A DNA stretch of 64,000 nucleotides from assembly GCA_038228795.1 (NCBI GenBank), contig JBBROY010000019.1, positions 2,905 through 66,904 of the forward strand, read 5' to 3'. Numbering within the stretch: the first letter of the stretch is position 1; each line of letters begins with the position of its first letter. The translations under genes and the position numbers were made by a program. The notes under the pieces were generated by a model that saw nothing but the letters and a program-made list of their open reading frames with translations, was not told where the DNA came from and did not search any database. Below are positions 53,318 to 62,876 of this stretch, in pieces. The DNA is from Gemmatimonadales bacterium (GTDB lineage: Bacteria > Gemmatimonadota > Gemmatimonadetes > Gemmatimonadales > Gemmatimonadaceae).

Positions 53318-54810
53318 TGTCACGCCCCTATGCCGTGGTCCGCGTCGTGGCGTGCTCGCTTGCCGCCGGTAGTCTGATGCTGAATGAGGCGCGCGCACAG
53401 GGCGTGCCCGCTCCGCCGAAGAGCCAGACGCTCGTGATGTTGGGCAAGGTGCCGGTGAGCGATAAGGTGCTCGAGGTGAAGTTGCCAAAGCCTCACGAGG
53501 GAAACCTCGCCAACGGGATTCATCTCATCGTGCTCGAGGACCATCGCGCCCCGCAGGTGAGCTTTCAGCTGATCATCCCCGGCGCCGGCGGATATTTCGA
53601 CCCGCCGGGTTCGCCGGGGTTGGCGAGCGTCACCGCGACGATGATGCGCGAAGGGACGCCGACGCTGACCACCACGCAAATCTCCGAGCGGCTCGAGACG
53701 ATGGCCGCCGGACTCGACGTCGGGGCCGGCATCGCCGCGCTCGACGCGACCGTCTCGGGCTCCGCGCTCACTGAAAAACTCGACCCCCTGTTCGAGCTCG
53801 CGGCGGACGTGATTCTGCATCCGACCTTCCCCGAGGCCGAGCTGGCGAAGTACAAGCAGCGCGCGGCGGCGCAGCTGGCTCAATTGCGATCGAATGCCGG
53901 TTTTTTGGCGCAGGAGCGCTACCAAAAGGTGATGATGGGTGAGCATCCGGGAAGCCGGATCTCGATGACATCCGATGAGGTGATGAAGGCGACGCGAAAC
54001 GACATCGTCGCCTTCTATCAGTCGCACTATGTTCCCGATCACGCAGCGATCGCTTTCGCCGGAGACATTTCCTACGGGCAGGCGAAGCAGCTCGTGGAGT
54101 CGAAGCTCGGCGGATGGAAAAAGAGCGGAGCGGCGGCCGTATCGGCCAAGAACCCCGCCGCAGCCGGCCCGGCGAAGGTGTATCTGGTGGACCGGCCCAA
54201 TTCCGTGCAGACGAGCTTCGTCGTTGGTGCCCAGACGATCGAGCGCACCAATCCCGATTACGATGTGCTCCAGATGATGAACGCAGTGGTTGGCGGTGGT
54301 CCGACCGGACGTCTGTTCACGCATCTGCGCGAGGAGAAGGGTTACACGTACGGCGCCTACAGTGGACTCGACGTGGGTCGCTACAAGGGAGTGTGGACCG
54401 CGAGTACCGACGTCCGCTCCGATGTCACCGAGCCGGCGCTGCGCGATCTCATGGACGAGATCCGGCAGATTCGGGAGATGACCGTTCCCACGAAGGAGCT
54501 GCAAGACAAGAAGCGGTCGCTCGTCGCCGCCTTCGCGCTATCGCTGGAGTCGCCGCAGCAAGTGCTCGACTACTACGTCACGAGGTGGATTTACAAGCTG
54601 CCAGCGGATTATTGGGATCAGTATCCGAAGCGAGTGATGGCGGTCACCGCCCAGCAGGTACAGCTGGCGGCGCGGAAGTACCTCGACCCGCAGAAGGTGC
54701 AGATCGTCGCGGTGGGAGATGGCAAGAAGATCGAGCAGACGTTGAAGAAATTCGGGCCGCTCGAGGTGTACGACACTGAGGGCAAGCGTCGGCCGGAGCT
54801 CGTGCCGTAG
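53314..54810 (+). CDS. M16 family peptidase, non-catalytic-type partner (no HxxEH)
   Basis: Signal-like N-terminus and an M16 fold pattern (GIHLIVLEDHRAPQVSF...). Start overlaps the upstream stop. Confidence 0.8.
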   Translation: MMSRPYAVVRVVACSLAAGSLMLNEARAQGVPAPPKSQTLVMLGKVPVSDKVLEVKLPKPHEGNLANGIHLIVLEDHRAPQVSFQLIIPGAGGYFDPPGSPGLASVTATMMREGTPTLTTTQISERLETMAAGLDVGAGIAALDATVSGSALTEKLDPLFELAADVILHPTFPEAELAKYKQRAAAQLAQLRSNAGFLAQERYQKVMMGEHPGSRISMTSDEVMKATRNDIVAFYQSHYVPDHAAIAFAGDISYGQAKQLVESKLGGWKKSGAAAVSAKNPAAAGPAKVYLVDRPNSVQTSFVVGAQTIERTNPDYDVLQMMNAVVGGGPTGRLFTHLREEKGYTYGAYSGLDVGRYKGVWTASTDVRSDVTEPALRDLMDEIRQIREMTVPTKELQDKKRSLVAAFALSLESPQQVLDYYVTRWIYKLPADYWDQYPKRVMAVTAQQVQLAARKYLDPQKVQIVAVGDGKKIEQTLKKFGPLEVYDTEGKRRPELVP

Positions 54811-54860
54811 GTTGCCGCCGGAATTCGGCGACGGGCGCTCACGTACGGTCGCCCGCCTGC

Positions 54861-56381
54861 TCACGCTGGGATTTGCGGCGTTCTCTTTTGGATTCCTGTG
54901 GAGTACGTCGAGCGCGGTGCGGTGGCTGGATCGACAAGGATGGGACCGGCTGCCGTAAGCGGCCGGGCTCCCTGCAGCACTCGCGCCTCCTCCGTGGGTG
55001 GAGCGACGCACCCGCCGGCGCCGTTGGCGACTCCAGTCGGGCATGGCGCGCCGGCAGGCAAATTCACGCACGTACTTCCCTTCGGCGTCTGACCCATTGA
55101 GCACGTCATAGTTTGCGGCGCCACGCAAACGCCTGCGCCATCCGCGACTCCAGTAGCGCACGGCGCGCCAACCGGCAGATTCACGCATGTACTGCCCTTC
55201 GGCGTCTGACCAGTCGTACACGTCATCGCCTGGGGCGCGACGCACACGCCGGCGCCATTCGCGACTCCAGTTGGGCACGGCGCGCCAGTCGGCAGATTCA
55301 CGCACGAATTTCCCTTCGGCGTTTGGCCCATTGAGCACGTCATAGTTTGCGGCGCCAAGCAAACGCCGGCGCCATTCGCGACTCCCGTCGCGCACGGCGC
55401 GCCAGCCGGCAGATTCACGCACGAATTTCCCTTCGCCGTCTGTCCCGTTGAGCACGTCATAGTCTGCGGCGCCACGCACACTCCGCCGCCATCCGCGACT
55501 CCAGTCGCGCACGGCGCGCCAGCCGGTAGATTCACGCACGAATTTCCCTTCGCCGTCTGTCCCGTTGAGCACGTCATAGTCTGCGGCGCCACGCACACTC
55601 CGCCGCCATCCGCGACTCCAGTCGCGCACGGCGCGCCAGCCGGCAGATTCACGCACGAGTTTCCCTTCGCCGTCTGTCCCGTTGAGCACGTCATGGTCTG
55701 CGGCGCCACGCAAGCTCCGCCGCCATCCGCGACTCCAGTCGCGCACGGCGCGCCAGCCGGCAGATTCACGCACGCGCTGCCGTTCACGGTTTGACCAGTC
55801 GCACATGTGGTCTGAGCGCCCGACGCGGTCGTCCTCGGCTGCGCGTTCGCTGGAGATGCAGGCCGCGTCGAGGTTGTCGTGGTGGACGTCTTCGCGTTCG
55901 ACGCATCTACGATGGTTGTTTTCTGCCCGTCGCAGCCGGTGGGATTGTTCGTGCCGTAGGCCTTCGACATCGGAATCGTCAGCGCGGCCTGGAATGCCAC
56001 GCCGGGCACGCGAGACTTTTCCGCAAGCAATTTTGCCGGATACGACGCGGTGAGAGTCACTGGCGTGCCGATGGCCGAGCCCTGGCAGCCGCAGACCGAC
56101 CATGCATTCGGCCCATTCCATACACCCACGACACTTCTGGGATCGGGCGCCGACGCGGTCATGTCGAAATCGGCGATGGATACGCGCGTTCCAGCAGGAT
56201 TGCGCGGCGCGTCCTTGCCGGTCTCATCCTTGAGCGTGATGTACACGCTGCTGCAGTTGCCGATGGGCAACGGGTTGACGGCAGCACTGAGTGTGACCGA
56301 CCACGGCACTTGCGCGGGAAGTGGAGCACCGCTCAGGAAGCCGATGATCGCCAGCATTTCACGGCAATGAACGCGTGCCAT
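54861..56381 (-). CDS. Secreted protein with an N-terminal globular domain, a Thr-rich linker and seven 39-aa Cys-rich tandem repeats
   Basis: Signal-like MARVHCREMLAIIGFLSGAPLPAQ. Linker TSTTTTST. The repeat unit is C-x-T-G-Q-T-x-x-G-x-x-C-V-N-L-P-x-G-A-P-C-x-T-G-V-A-x-G-x-G-x-C-V-A-P-Q-x-M-T. The ORF-track N-terminal extension overlaps the M24 gene and was trimmed. Confidence 0.6.
   Translation of the reverse strand: MARVHCREMLAIIGFLSGAPLPAQVPWSVTLSAAVNPLPIGNCSSVYITLKDETGKDAPRNPAGTRVSIADFDMTASAPDPRSVVGVWNGPNAWSVCGCQGSAIGTPVTLTASYPAKLLAEKSRVPGVAFQAALTIPMSKAYGTNNPTGCDGQKTTIVDASNAKTSTTTTSTRPASPANAQPRTTASGAQTTCATGQTVNGSACVNLPAGAPCATGVADGGGACVAPQTMTCSTGQTAKGNSCVNLPAGAPCATGVADGGGVCVAPQTMTCSTGQTAKGNSCVNLPAGAPCATGVADGGGVCVAPQTMTCSTGQTAKGNSCVNLPAGAPCATGVANGAGVCLAPQTMTCSMGQTPKGNSCVNLPTGAPCPTGVANGAGVCVAPQAMTCTTGQTPKGSTCVNLPVGAPCATGVADGAGVCVAPQTMTCSMGQTPKGSTCVNLPAGAPCPTGVANGAGGCVAPPTEEARVLQGARPLTAAGPILVDPATAPRSTYSTGIQKRTPQIPA
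54995..55810. repeat. Seven tandem copies of a 117-bp unit inside the CDS
   Basis: The AGATTCACGCA anchor recurs at exact 117-nt spacing where I indexed it (55411, 55528, 55645); further copies lie at about 55062, 55179, 55295 and 55762. Units 55411-55527 and 55528-55644 differ at 1 of 117 nt by my reading. Confidence 0.9.
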
Positions 56382-56640
56382 AAAGGGCGAATTGGCCGTT
56401 GACCGAGCATGCAGGCTGCGAGACAATTGACACTCCCGAGTAGTTTGGCGCTGACCGATCTTTCCGTCACGACGCAGCGAGGCGCGCGCGATCGGAATCA
56501 TCTGGTGTTGACGTACACAATACGCGCTCGGGCGCAGACGATCGTCAAGCCCAGTGTCAATCGGATGCGGCGCAAGGAGATGCGCTTCCTTCTCGGCGCT
56601 TCGCTTGACGCGCGCATCTGACGGCGTCACGTTCCCGCGT

Positions 56641-59061
56641 ATGCGTTTACCCTCCCTGACGACCCTTTCCGGTACGCGGGTTTTGCTCCGCACAGGGCGG
56701 ATGGCATTGGCGCTCGCGGCAGTCGCGAGCGCCGCTCCGGCGCTGCAGGCGCAGGGGACCGAGCGGTTCACGATGTGGACGCACCCGGTGTATCCCGGCG
56801 CCGAGTACGTTGCGCGCCGCGCAAGCGCGCTCGGCTCGCTGCGGGGGAATGAAATCCTGCTGGTACCGGGCGCCGAGGGCACCAGCGGCGGGGAGACCTT
56901 TCGGCAGCTGGACGATTTCGAGTACCTGTGTGGTTTGGAGGTTCCGCGCTCCGTGCTGGCCATCGATGGCCGCACACGACGCGCGGTGTTGTTCGTACCG
57001 CGCACCGACCGGCGCTTCGAGGGCAGCGGACGACCGAATGATTTTCCCGGGCGCCCGCTGGCCGCCGATCCCGCCCTGCGAGCGCTGAGCGGCGTGGACA
57101 TCGTGCTGCCTGACAGCGCCCTCGACGAGTTTCTGTCCGGCGCCATGGCGCGCGGGGCGCGCGTGCTGATCAACAGCGGGCGACTTGCGGCGGCAATCGC
57201 GCCGGCAGCTTCGGAGATCCTGCAGCCATCGCCCGGTGAATTGCTTGCGACGCATCTCCAGCGAGCGCACGCCGGTATAACCATTGGAAATGCGTACACG
57301 CTGATGGCCACGCTGCGCATGATCAAGTCGGCGCGAGAAATTGCGACGATGCGCGAGGCCGCGCGTGCCACCATGGTGGGCATCGCTCGTGGCGCGGCGC
57401 GCGTCTCACCCGGTGAGGACGAGCGGACCCTGACCGGCGCGTTCAGCGCCGACTGCATGGCGCTAGGCGCGCAACGCGACGCCTTCAGCCCCATCGTCAA
57501 GTCGGGCGACAATTCGCTCTGGCCATGGCGCATTCTGGGCGCGCACTATGACCGGCGGAATCGCATCCTTCAGCGTGGTGAGCTGGTGATCTATGATGTC
57601 GGGTGCGAGCGCGACCACTACGCGAGCGATGTCGGGCGCACCTTCCCGGTCAGTGCGCATTTCACGACGCGCCAGCGCGAGCTGGTCGACATGGTGCGGC
57701 AAGTCTCCGACGCCGTGATGGCCGCCGCAAAGCCGGGAGTAACGCTCGCCGATCTGCAGCGCGTGGCGGCCGCGGCAATTCCTACGGCGGCCAAACCGTA
57801 CATGCAGGCCCCGTTGTATTTCGGGCATCACATCGGCCTCGACGCCGGCGATCCATCATTGCCAGACGCCCGGCTGGCCCCAGGGATGGTGTTCACGATC
57901 GAGCCGTGGTATTACAACCATGACGAGCGCGTGGCCGCCTTCATTGAAGACGAGATTCTCATCACCGCCGCCGGCAGCGAGAACCTAACGGCCGGGCTGC
58001 CGCGGGACGCGGAGGGACTGGAGCGACTCCGCTCCGGGCACGATTCGGGACTGATGGACGCCAACGCGATGCGGACGACGACGCGTGACGGCGTCTTATC
58101 GTTCACGCTCGATCGCGCGCGTGCCACGGTACGCGTCTACGACCTGTTGAATGGCGCGGACGCCGCCTCGACGCCGGTGTGTCACGAGCCCCTGTCGGGC
58201 GAGCTCACGCCCAATGATGTCTCATTCGCCGTGCGCTGCGCCGGCTCCACGCCGGTGTATTTGAACACGGCGTCGTATGCCGTTGTCGCGACGCCACCAC
58301 TCACTAGTGGGCGGCCGGGCGCGACCGTGGGGCGCCGCGCGCGCGGCGACCTCACGCGGAAAAACGAGGTGCTGGTGGTGGGGACCATTCACGGCGCGCA
58401 CCGCACCAGCACGCGCTACGGCACCGACGTCCTGCGCCGGTTGCTGCAGGCCATGCGTCCCGACTTCGTTCTCACTGAGATCGCGCCCAACCGATTGGAC
58501 GCCGCCACTCGCGAGTTCGCCACCACTGGGAAAATCACCGAGGCGCGCGTGGCGCGTTTCCCGGAGTACGTGGACGTGCTCTTTCCGCTCACCACGTCCA
58601 TGCGTTTCACCATCGTGCCCACCGCCGGCTGGTCGCGACCCATGGACGCCTATCGGACAGCGGCGCTCAAGCGTATTGAGGCCGACACGACCCGGCGGGA
58701 TGAGTGGCAGACGTATTCGCGCGCCATTCAGGTCGAGGATTCGCTCCTGGCACTTCGTGGCGCCGACGATCCGTACTTCATCAACTCAGCCGCATACGAT
58801 TCCGTCGAAACCGTTGCGCACGAGCCGTACAACCGGTTGTTCAATAGCGAGCTCGGCCCAGGCGGCTGGGACAACATCAATGTCGCGCATTTTGCCAACA
58901 TTGCCCGCGCACTCGATGAGCACCGCGGCGAAGGGCGGCGCTTCGTGATCACCTACGGTGCGGGGCACAAGGAGTGGTTCATGCGGGCACTTCGGAAGCG
59001 CGACGACATCAGCATTCTCGATGTCGCTCCGTTTCTCGAGCGGATCGGCGCGAAACGCTAG
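56641..59061 (+). CDS. Fusion protein: M24 Xaa-Pro aminopeptidase-like domain plus a C-terminal TraB/GumN/Tiki-superfamily-like (DUF5694-like) domain
   Basis: Signal peptide ...AAPALQAQG. M24 metal ligands (IYDVGCERDHYASDVGRTF, HHIGLD, FTIEPW, EDEILIT). C-terminal part has VVGTIHGAH...VLTEIAPNR...ITYGAGHKEWF. Confidence 0.8.
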   Translation: MRLPSLTTLSGTRVLLRTGRMALALAAVASAAPALQAQGTERFTMWTHPVYPGAEYVARRASALGSLRGNEILLVPGAEGTSGGETFRQLDDFEYLCGLEVPRSVLAIDGRTRRAVLFVPRTDRRFEGSGRPNDFPGRPLAADPALRALSGVDIVLPDSALDEFLSGAMARGARVLINSGRLAAAIAPAASEILQPSPGELLATHLQRAHAGITIGNAYTLMATLRMIKSAREIATMREAARATMVGIARGAARVSPGEDERTLTGAFSADCMALGAQRDAFSPIVKSGDNSLWPWRILGAHYDRRNRILQRGELVIYDVGCERDHYASDVGRTFPVSAHFTTRQRELVDMVRQVSDAVMAAAKPGVTLADLQRVAAAAIPTAAKPYMQAPLYFGHHIGLDAGDPSLPDARLAPGMVFTIEPWYYNHDERVAAFIEDEILITAAGSENLTAGLPRDAEGLERLRSGHDSGLMDANAMRTTTRDGVLSFTLDRARATVRVYDLLNGADAASTPVCHEPLSGELTPNDVSFAVRCAGSTPVYLNTASYAVVATPPLTSGRPGATVGRRARGDLTRKNEVLVVGTIHGAHRTSTRYGTDVLRRLLQAMRPDFVLTEIAPNRLDAATREFATTGKITEARVARFPEYVDVLFPLTTSMRFTIVPTAGWSRPMDAYRTAALKRIEADTTRRDEWQTYSRAIQVEDSLLALRGADDPYFINSAAYDSVETVAHEPYNRLFNSELGPGGWDNINVAHFANIARALDEHRGEGRRFVITYGAGHKEWFMRALRKRDDISILDVAPFLERIGAKR

Positions 59062-59093
59062 CATCGCGATGCCGGGCCGTGCGCGCGCAACGT

Positions 59094-60236
59094 TTACCTC
59101 ACCGCGAACCGCACCGTCCGAAAAATCGTGAGCTCCAGATCCGACGTCGCCCGATCGAACGCCGTCCCGAGCAAGCTGATCGCCGACGCCATCCACACAG
59201 CGGTCCAGCTGTATCTACCCTCGGAACGGCTCGAGTAGAGGCTCACCGACCGGCCGCCGATGGACTCGGAGCGGGGCTGCGTGCCGGCGCTCGATCGGCC
59301 GGCCATCAGCCGGGCGTCGTGGGCGGGAACGCTCGCGTGCATCCGCTCGCTCGCCATGCCTGGATCGGCAATGCCAAGGCTCAGTGATACGGACGCACCG
59401 TTTGCGGCGCGCCAGCTTTCGCCATCGCCCGACCAATCCGGCGGCACGCAGAAGGTGAAACGGCTCGTGGCGACGGCGCGCCAGCCGCGCAGCTCCGCGC
59501 CTTGCACCGCGACGTCGCATAACGCACCGTCACGCGCACCGTCGCCTGGCGTCGCGCCAGTCGAAGCCGCCCTGATCACCGCGTGCTCCCCGGGCGCGTC
59601 CCCAGCCACGCCGAATTGGAAGGTGATCTGGACGACTTGCCTCACACGTGCCCCCTCGCGCTCCGCCGGATCGTAACGCCACTCGCGGAGCGCGTCGCCC
59701 ACCGTGCGCATGAACGCGCTGTCAGAGGTGCTCAGCATCTGCAGCGTGCGCATCTCGGGACGTCCGTCTTCGCCCACGACGAACATCGCGATCACCGAAC
59801 CGCGGATCTGCCGCTGTGCCATCGCCTCCGGATAGGAGGGCGCCGCATTGCCGGCGTGCGGCACGGCGGGAATGTCGACCTCGGCCGGGAAGTACGCGTC
59901 ACAGAGCGCGGGGGGCAGCGCGGGCACGAGGAACTCGCGCTCGATGAAGTCGCCCGCGGCCGCCAGAATCTCCGGGCTCAAAAAGAAGCTGCCGCTGGCG
60001 AGCACGATCACGACTCGGTATCGGCCCGGTCCCGGCGCGTCGACGTAGAAGATCCCCGTCGTGTCGCCTTCCGCGCTGGCGACCACCCGCGCGCTGTCAT
60101 CGACCAACTCGATGCTGATGCGACCGACCGATTTCCTGGTCGCATAGTCGACCACCCGGCCGGCGATCGTCTGGGTGTACATCGGTGCAGCGGCGCAGGC
60201 GAGCGCGAGAGCGGTGGAGAGAAGCGGCAGCTTCAT
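59094..60236 (-). CDS. Secreted protein with a carboxypeptidase-regulatory-like domain, a TonB C-terminal-like domain and an unassigned C-terminal domain
   Basis: Signal MKLPLLSTALALACAAAP. IAGRVVD...GRISIELVD...GIFYVDAPGPGRY. PSYPEAMAQRQIRGSVIAMFVVGEDGRPE...REWRYDPAEREG is TonB_C-like. Confidence 0.6.
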   Translation of the reverse strand: MKLPLLSTALALACAAAPMYTQTIAGRVVDYATRKSVGRISIELVDDSARVVASAEGDTTGIFYVDAPGPGRYRVVIVLASGSFFLSPEILAAAGDFIEREFLVPALPPALCDAYFPAEVDIPAVPHAGNAAPSYPEAMAQRQIRGSVIAMFVVGEDGRPEMRTLQMLSTSDSAFMRTVGDALREWRYDPAEREGARVRQVVQITFQFGVAGDAPGEHAVIRAASTGATPGDGARDGALCDVAVQGAELRGWRAVATSRFTFCVPPDWSGDGESWRAANGASVSLSLGIADPGMASERMHASVPAHDARLMAGRSSAGTQPRSESIGGRSVSLYSSRSEGRYSWTAVWMASAISLLGTAFDRATSDLELTIFRTVRFAVR

Positions 60237-60364
60237 GGGACGCAGCCTGAAGAGGTATGACTAGAGTGTCGTCCGCATCGCGCGAATCCTTCGCCGCTCT
60301 ACGGAACGCCCCTCCGGTACCCATCCACGCCGAACATCCACCAACAGCCCAGCGGCACGCGCCG

Positions 60365-62191
60365 TTAGCGCACCACCGGGAGAACGAGTCGCGACAGGTG
60401 CGGCGCCGAGTGGTGGATCGCGTTGTGCGCCACGCGCCACGTCGTCTCGTCGTAGTTGTGGCCGCCCGTATTGAGATTGCGATCGAAGCGTGGGAAGCTC
60501 GAGCTCGAGATCTCCACCCGCAAACGATGTCCGGGCGCGAGATACCACGACGTCGCGTGCAGCACGACCGGAACCAGGTAGACCGTACCCGGTTTCATCA
60601 TGTGCGGCTGGTCGAAGCCGTCGCGCCAGCGCGCGCGCGTGATCCCCTCCTGCATGTTCATCGCGCGGCCGTCGGGGTAGACATCGAGGAGCTTCACCGT
60701 GACGTCCGTGTCGAGCGCGTCGGAGCTCAGGTAGACCTCGGCGCTCATCGAACCCGTCAGCTCCAATCCATCCCGGAGCACGTCGCCCGAGAACACCAGC
60801 ACGTCGGCGCGTTTCTCGATGTCGGCGTTGTCGTAGGAGCCCGGCTGATCCTTGGGGTTGCCCGTGCAGCAGATCGAGCCACCGCGCGAGCCGACGGGAT
60901 TGGCCGGGTCATAGGTGAAGCTGTCGGGACGCTCACGGGTCGGCGGCGTCAGGCTCAGGCGACCGTTCCCGCTCGACGTGTTCGCGCCCCCGTCGCTGCG
61001 GAGGTAGAAGGAGGTCTCGTGCATTCCCTTCACCGGCCACGTGTCGGACTTTCGCCAGGCGTTGCGGCCGATGGTGTAGTACTGAAAGCGCGGCAGCGAG
61101 TCGATCGCGTGCGCGTTGCCGCGAAGCCAGCGATCAAACCAGGCGAGGTAGGTGTCCCAGTAGTGCAGGCGCGCGTCGCCGACCGGAAGGTCGCCCGCCA
61201 TCGTTTCGCGCGACGCGCGCTCCGATAAGCAGTGCGTGGTAGGAGAGATGATGGCGTACTGCCCCGTGCGTGCCCGGTCATTGATCGCGTTGGTCCGAAA
61301 GATCTCCGCCTCCTCGAGAGCCTCCCCGGCCATGTCGAACCACGACGACACGTGCAGCGCCGCGATCCCCACGCTGTCGGTCGCCGTGAGGTAGCCTTGC
61401 GCGTCCCACCACGGATCATCCGGAGCGCGCTGGAGAAAGTTGCGCCAGTCCCGCGAGGGCGAGCCCGCGCGGTCGGTCATGTCGATCACCGGTAGCGTTC
61501 GGAAGAACGACGCCAGATCGACCTTCGGCATGGGGCGCATTCCTTTGTCGATGGAGGCGAAGACTGGCATCCAGCCAAAGTTGATCGAGATCGAAAAGGC
61601 GCCTCCCTCGACCGATCCCCAAAATTCGCGGTGCCGCCCTACGCGGCCGAGGTTCCCGCCGGCCGCTTGCGCAACAGCGGCGATGTGATGCTTGTTGCGC
61701 TGCTGCGCAGCGACGATCTGTCCCTCCCCCAGGTACGAACAGCCGAGCGTGCCAACGTTCCCGGTCGACCACGGCTGCGCGGCAATCCAGTCGAACGCAT
61801 CGGACCAGTCCGTCATGTCGCCCTGATAGACGCGAAACTCACCCTCCGAGGCGAATTTTCCGCGGACGTCCTGCACCACCACCGCGTAGCCATGCGACGC
61901 GAAGAACGACGGGGGCGTGGCTGCGCCGCGATAGGCCGACTTGTCATACGGTGTCCGCATGAGAATCGTCGGCAAGGCGCCGGCCATGCCCTTCGGCCGA
62001 TAGACGTCGGTTGCGAGCCGAACGCCGTCGCGCATCGGCACCATCAGCGCTCGCTCGACCTCCACCTCATAGCTCCCCTTCGGGCGCGCGAAGGGGGCGC
62101 CCGTCGAGTCCTGGGCCGCGCCGCTCGTCGCGGGCACGAGAAGAGCGGCGGCCAGGGTGAAAAGCTCGAGACGCAATGGGGGACGGCGCAT
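60365..62191 (-). CDS. CocE/NonD family (S15, X-Pro dipeptidyl-peptidase-like) hydrolase
   Basis: Signal peptide. VVVQDVRG, nucleophile elbow GCSYLG, and a C-terminal jelly-roll ending HNAIHHSAPHLSRLVLPVV. Confidence 0.8.
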   Translation of the reverse strand: MRRPPLRLELFTLAAALLVPATSGAAQDSTGAPFARPKGSYEVEVERALMVPMRDGVRLATDVYRPKGMAGALPTILMRTPYDKSAYRGAATPPSFFASHGYAVVVQDVRGKFASEGEFRVYQGDMTDWSDAFDWIAAQPWSTGNVGTLGCSYLGEGQIVAAQQRNKHHIAAVAQAAGGNLGRVGRHREFWGSVEGGAFSISINFGWMPVFASIDKGMRPMPKVDLASFFRTLPVIDMTDRAGSPSRDWRNFLQRAPDDPWWDAQGYLTATDSVGIAALHVSSWFDMAGEALEEAEIFRTNAINDRARTGQYAIISPTTHCLSERASRETMAGDLPVGDARLHYWDTYLAWFDRWLRGNAHAIDSLPRFQYYTIGRNAWRKSDTWPVKGMHETSFYLRSDGGANTSSGNGRLSLTPPTRERPDSFTYDPANPVGSRGGSICCTGNPKDQPGSYDNADIEKRADVLVFSGDVLRDGLELTGSMSAEVYLSSDALDTDVTVKLLDVYPDGRAMNMQEGITRARWRDGFDQPHMMKPGTVYLVPVVLHATSWYLAPGHRLRVEISSSSFPRFDRNLNTGGHNYDETTWRVAHNAIHHSAPHLSRLVLPVVR

Positions 62192-62351
62192 GTCGTCGTA
62201 TCCGGAATAAGGGTGGCGGGTGAGGCGGTTTGATAATCTCACCGTGAGCACAGAGCGGCAAGCCGGCACTCCAGCTTACGCCTCCGTGTCATATGCCCGA
62301 GCGCTGGAAACGACTAATCTCCCGACAAGCGCAACGAGCGAGGCGCGCCGG

Positions 62352-62876
62352 ATGGAACATGCCGAGCTGCGTCTGCAACTCGAGACGTGCCATGGTCAGA
62401 GCTACAGTTGGGCGCTGCACTGCTGTGAGAGGGATCGCGTGGAGGCTGAGGATGTTCTTCAAGCCGCCTACCTCAAGGTGCTCGATGGACGAGCCCGGTT
62501 CGATGGGCGATCATCCTTCGCGACGTGGCTGTTCGCCGTCATAAGGCGAACGGCAGCCGATGAGCGGCGGCGGCGAATGCTCCGTTTCGCCCGGCATGCG
62601 CCGCTGCGTGATGATCTGCCGCTCGGGGGCGAGCGCGCGGGGGCGGTGGAGCTGAGTGAGAGTGCGGAGCGGCGCGCGATACTCGAGGCCGCGTTGGACG
62701 CCCTGCCTCGCCGGCAGCGCGAGGTGCTACTGCTGGTGATGTACCACGAGCGAACGGTCGAGGAAGCGGCGGCGGTGATCGGGATTGGAGTGGGGTCCGC
62801 GCGCACGCACTATGCCCGCGGCAAGCAACGACTGCGCGAGCTGCTGCAACACTCGGAGCTACGACATGACCGGTGA
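62352..62876 (+). CDS. ECF (sigma-24 type) RNA polymerase sigma factor
   Basis: Region 2 (AEDVLQAAYLKVL...FATWLFAVIRR) and region 4 (LPRRQREVLLLVMYHERTVEEAAAVIGIGVGSARTHYARGKQRLRELL). Confidence 0.85.
   Translation: MEHAELRLQLETCHGQSYSWALHCCERDRVEAEDVLQAAYLKVLDGRARFDGRSSFATWLFAVIRRTAADERRRRMLRFARHAPLRDDLPLGGERAGAVELSESAERRAILEAALDALPRRQREVLLLVMYHERTVEEAAAVIGIGVGSARTHYARGKQRLRELLQHSELRHDR

Noticed and set aside
54995-55810. Possibility that the regular repeats are a CRISPR array.
   Set aside because: The units are contiguous with no spacers and are 117 nt long. They are in-frame coding sequence with conserved Cys positions, and no cas genes are present.
54538-56121. 527-aa minus-strand ORF in an alternative frame through the 117-bp repeats (GAADYDVLNGTDGEGKFVRESAGWRAVRDWSRGWRRS repeats).
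   Set aside because: It overlaps the 3' end of the M16 gene. Its non-repeat parts are Arg-rich nonsense. The other frame has a signal peptide and a coherent N-terminal domain. GC3 does not discriminate between the frames, so this rejection is not absolute.
56382-57533. N-terminal 384 aa of the ORF-track entry 54861..57533.
   Set aside because: It runs antisense through the well-supported M24 peptidase gene and is Ala/Arg/Ser-rich. An internal ATG (56381) followed by a signal-like peptide is the plausible start.
58743-58760. TGGCAC hexamers (also near 12251, 18791, 20651, 22751, 29651 and 39181) checked as possible sigma-54 -24 elements for the hydrogenase or other operons.
   Set aside because: All lie inside coding regions, and none is followed by TTGC at the -12 spacing.
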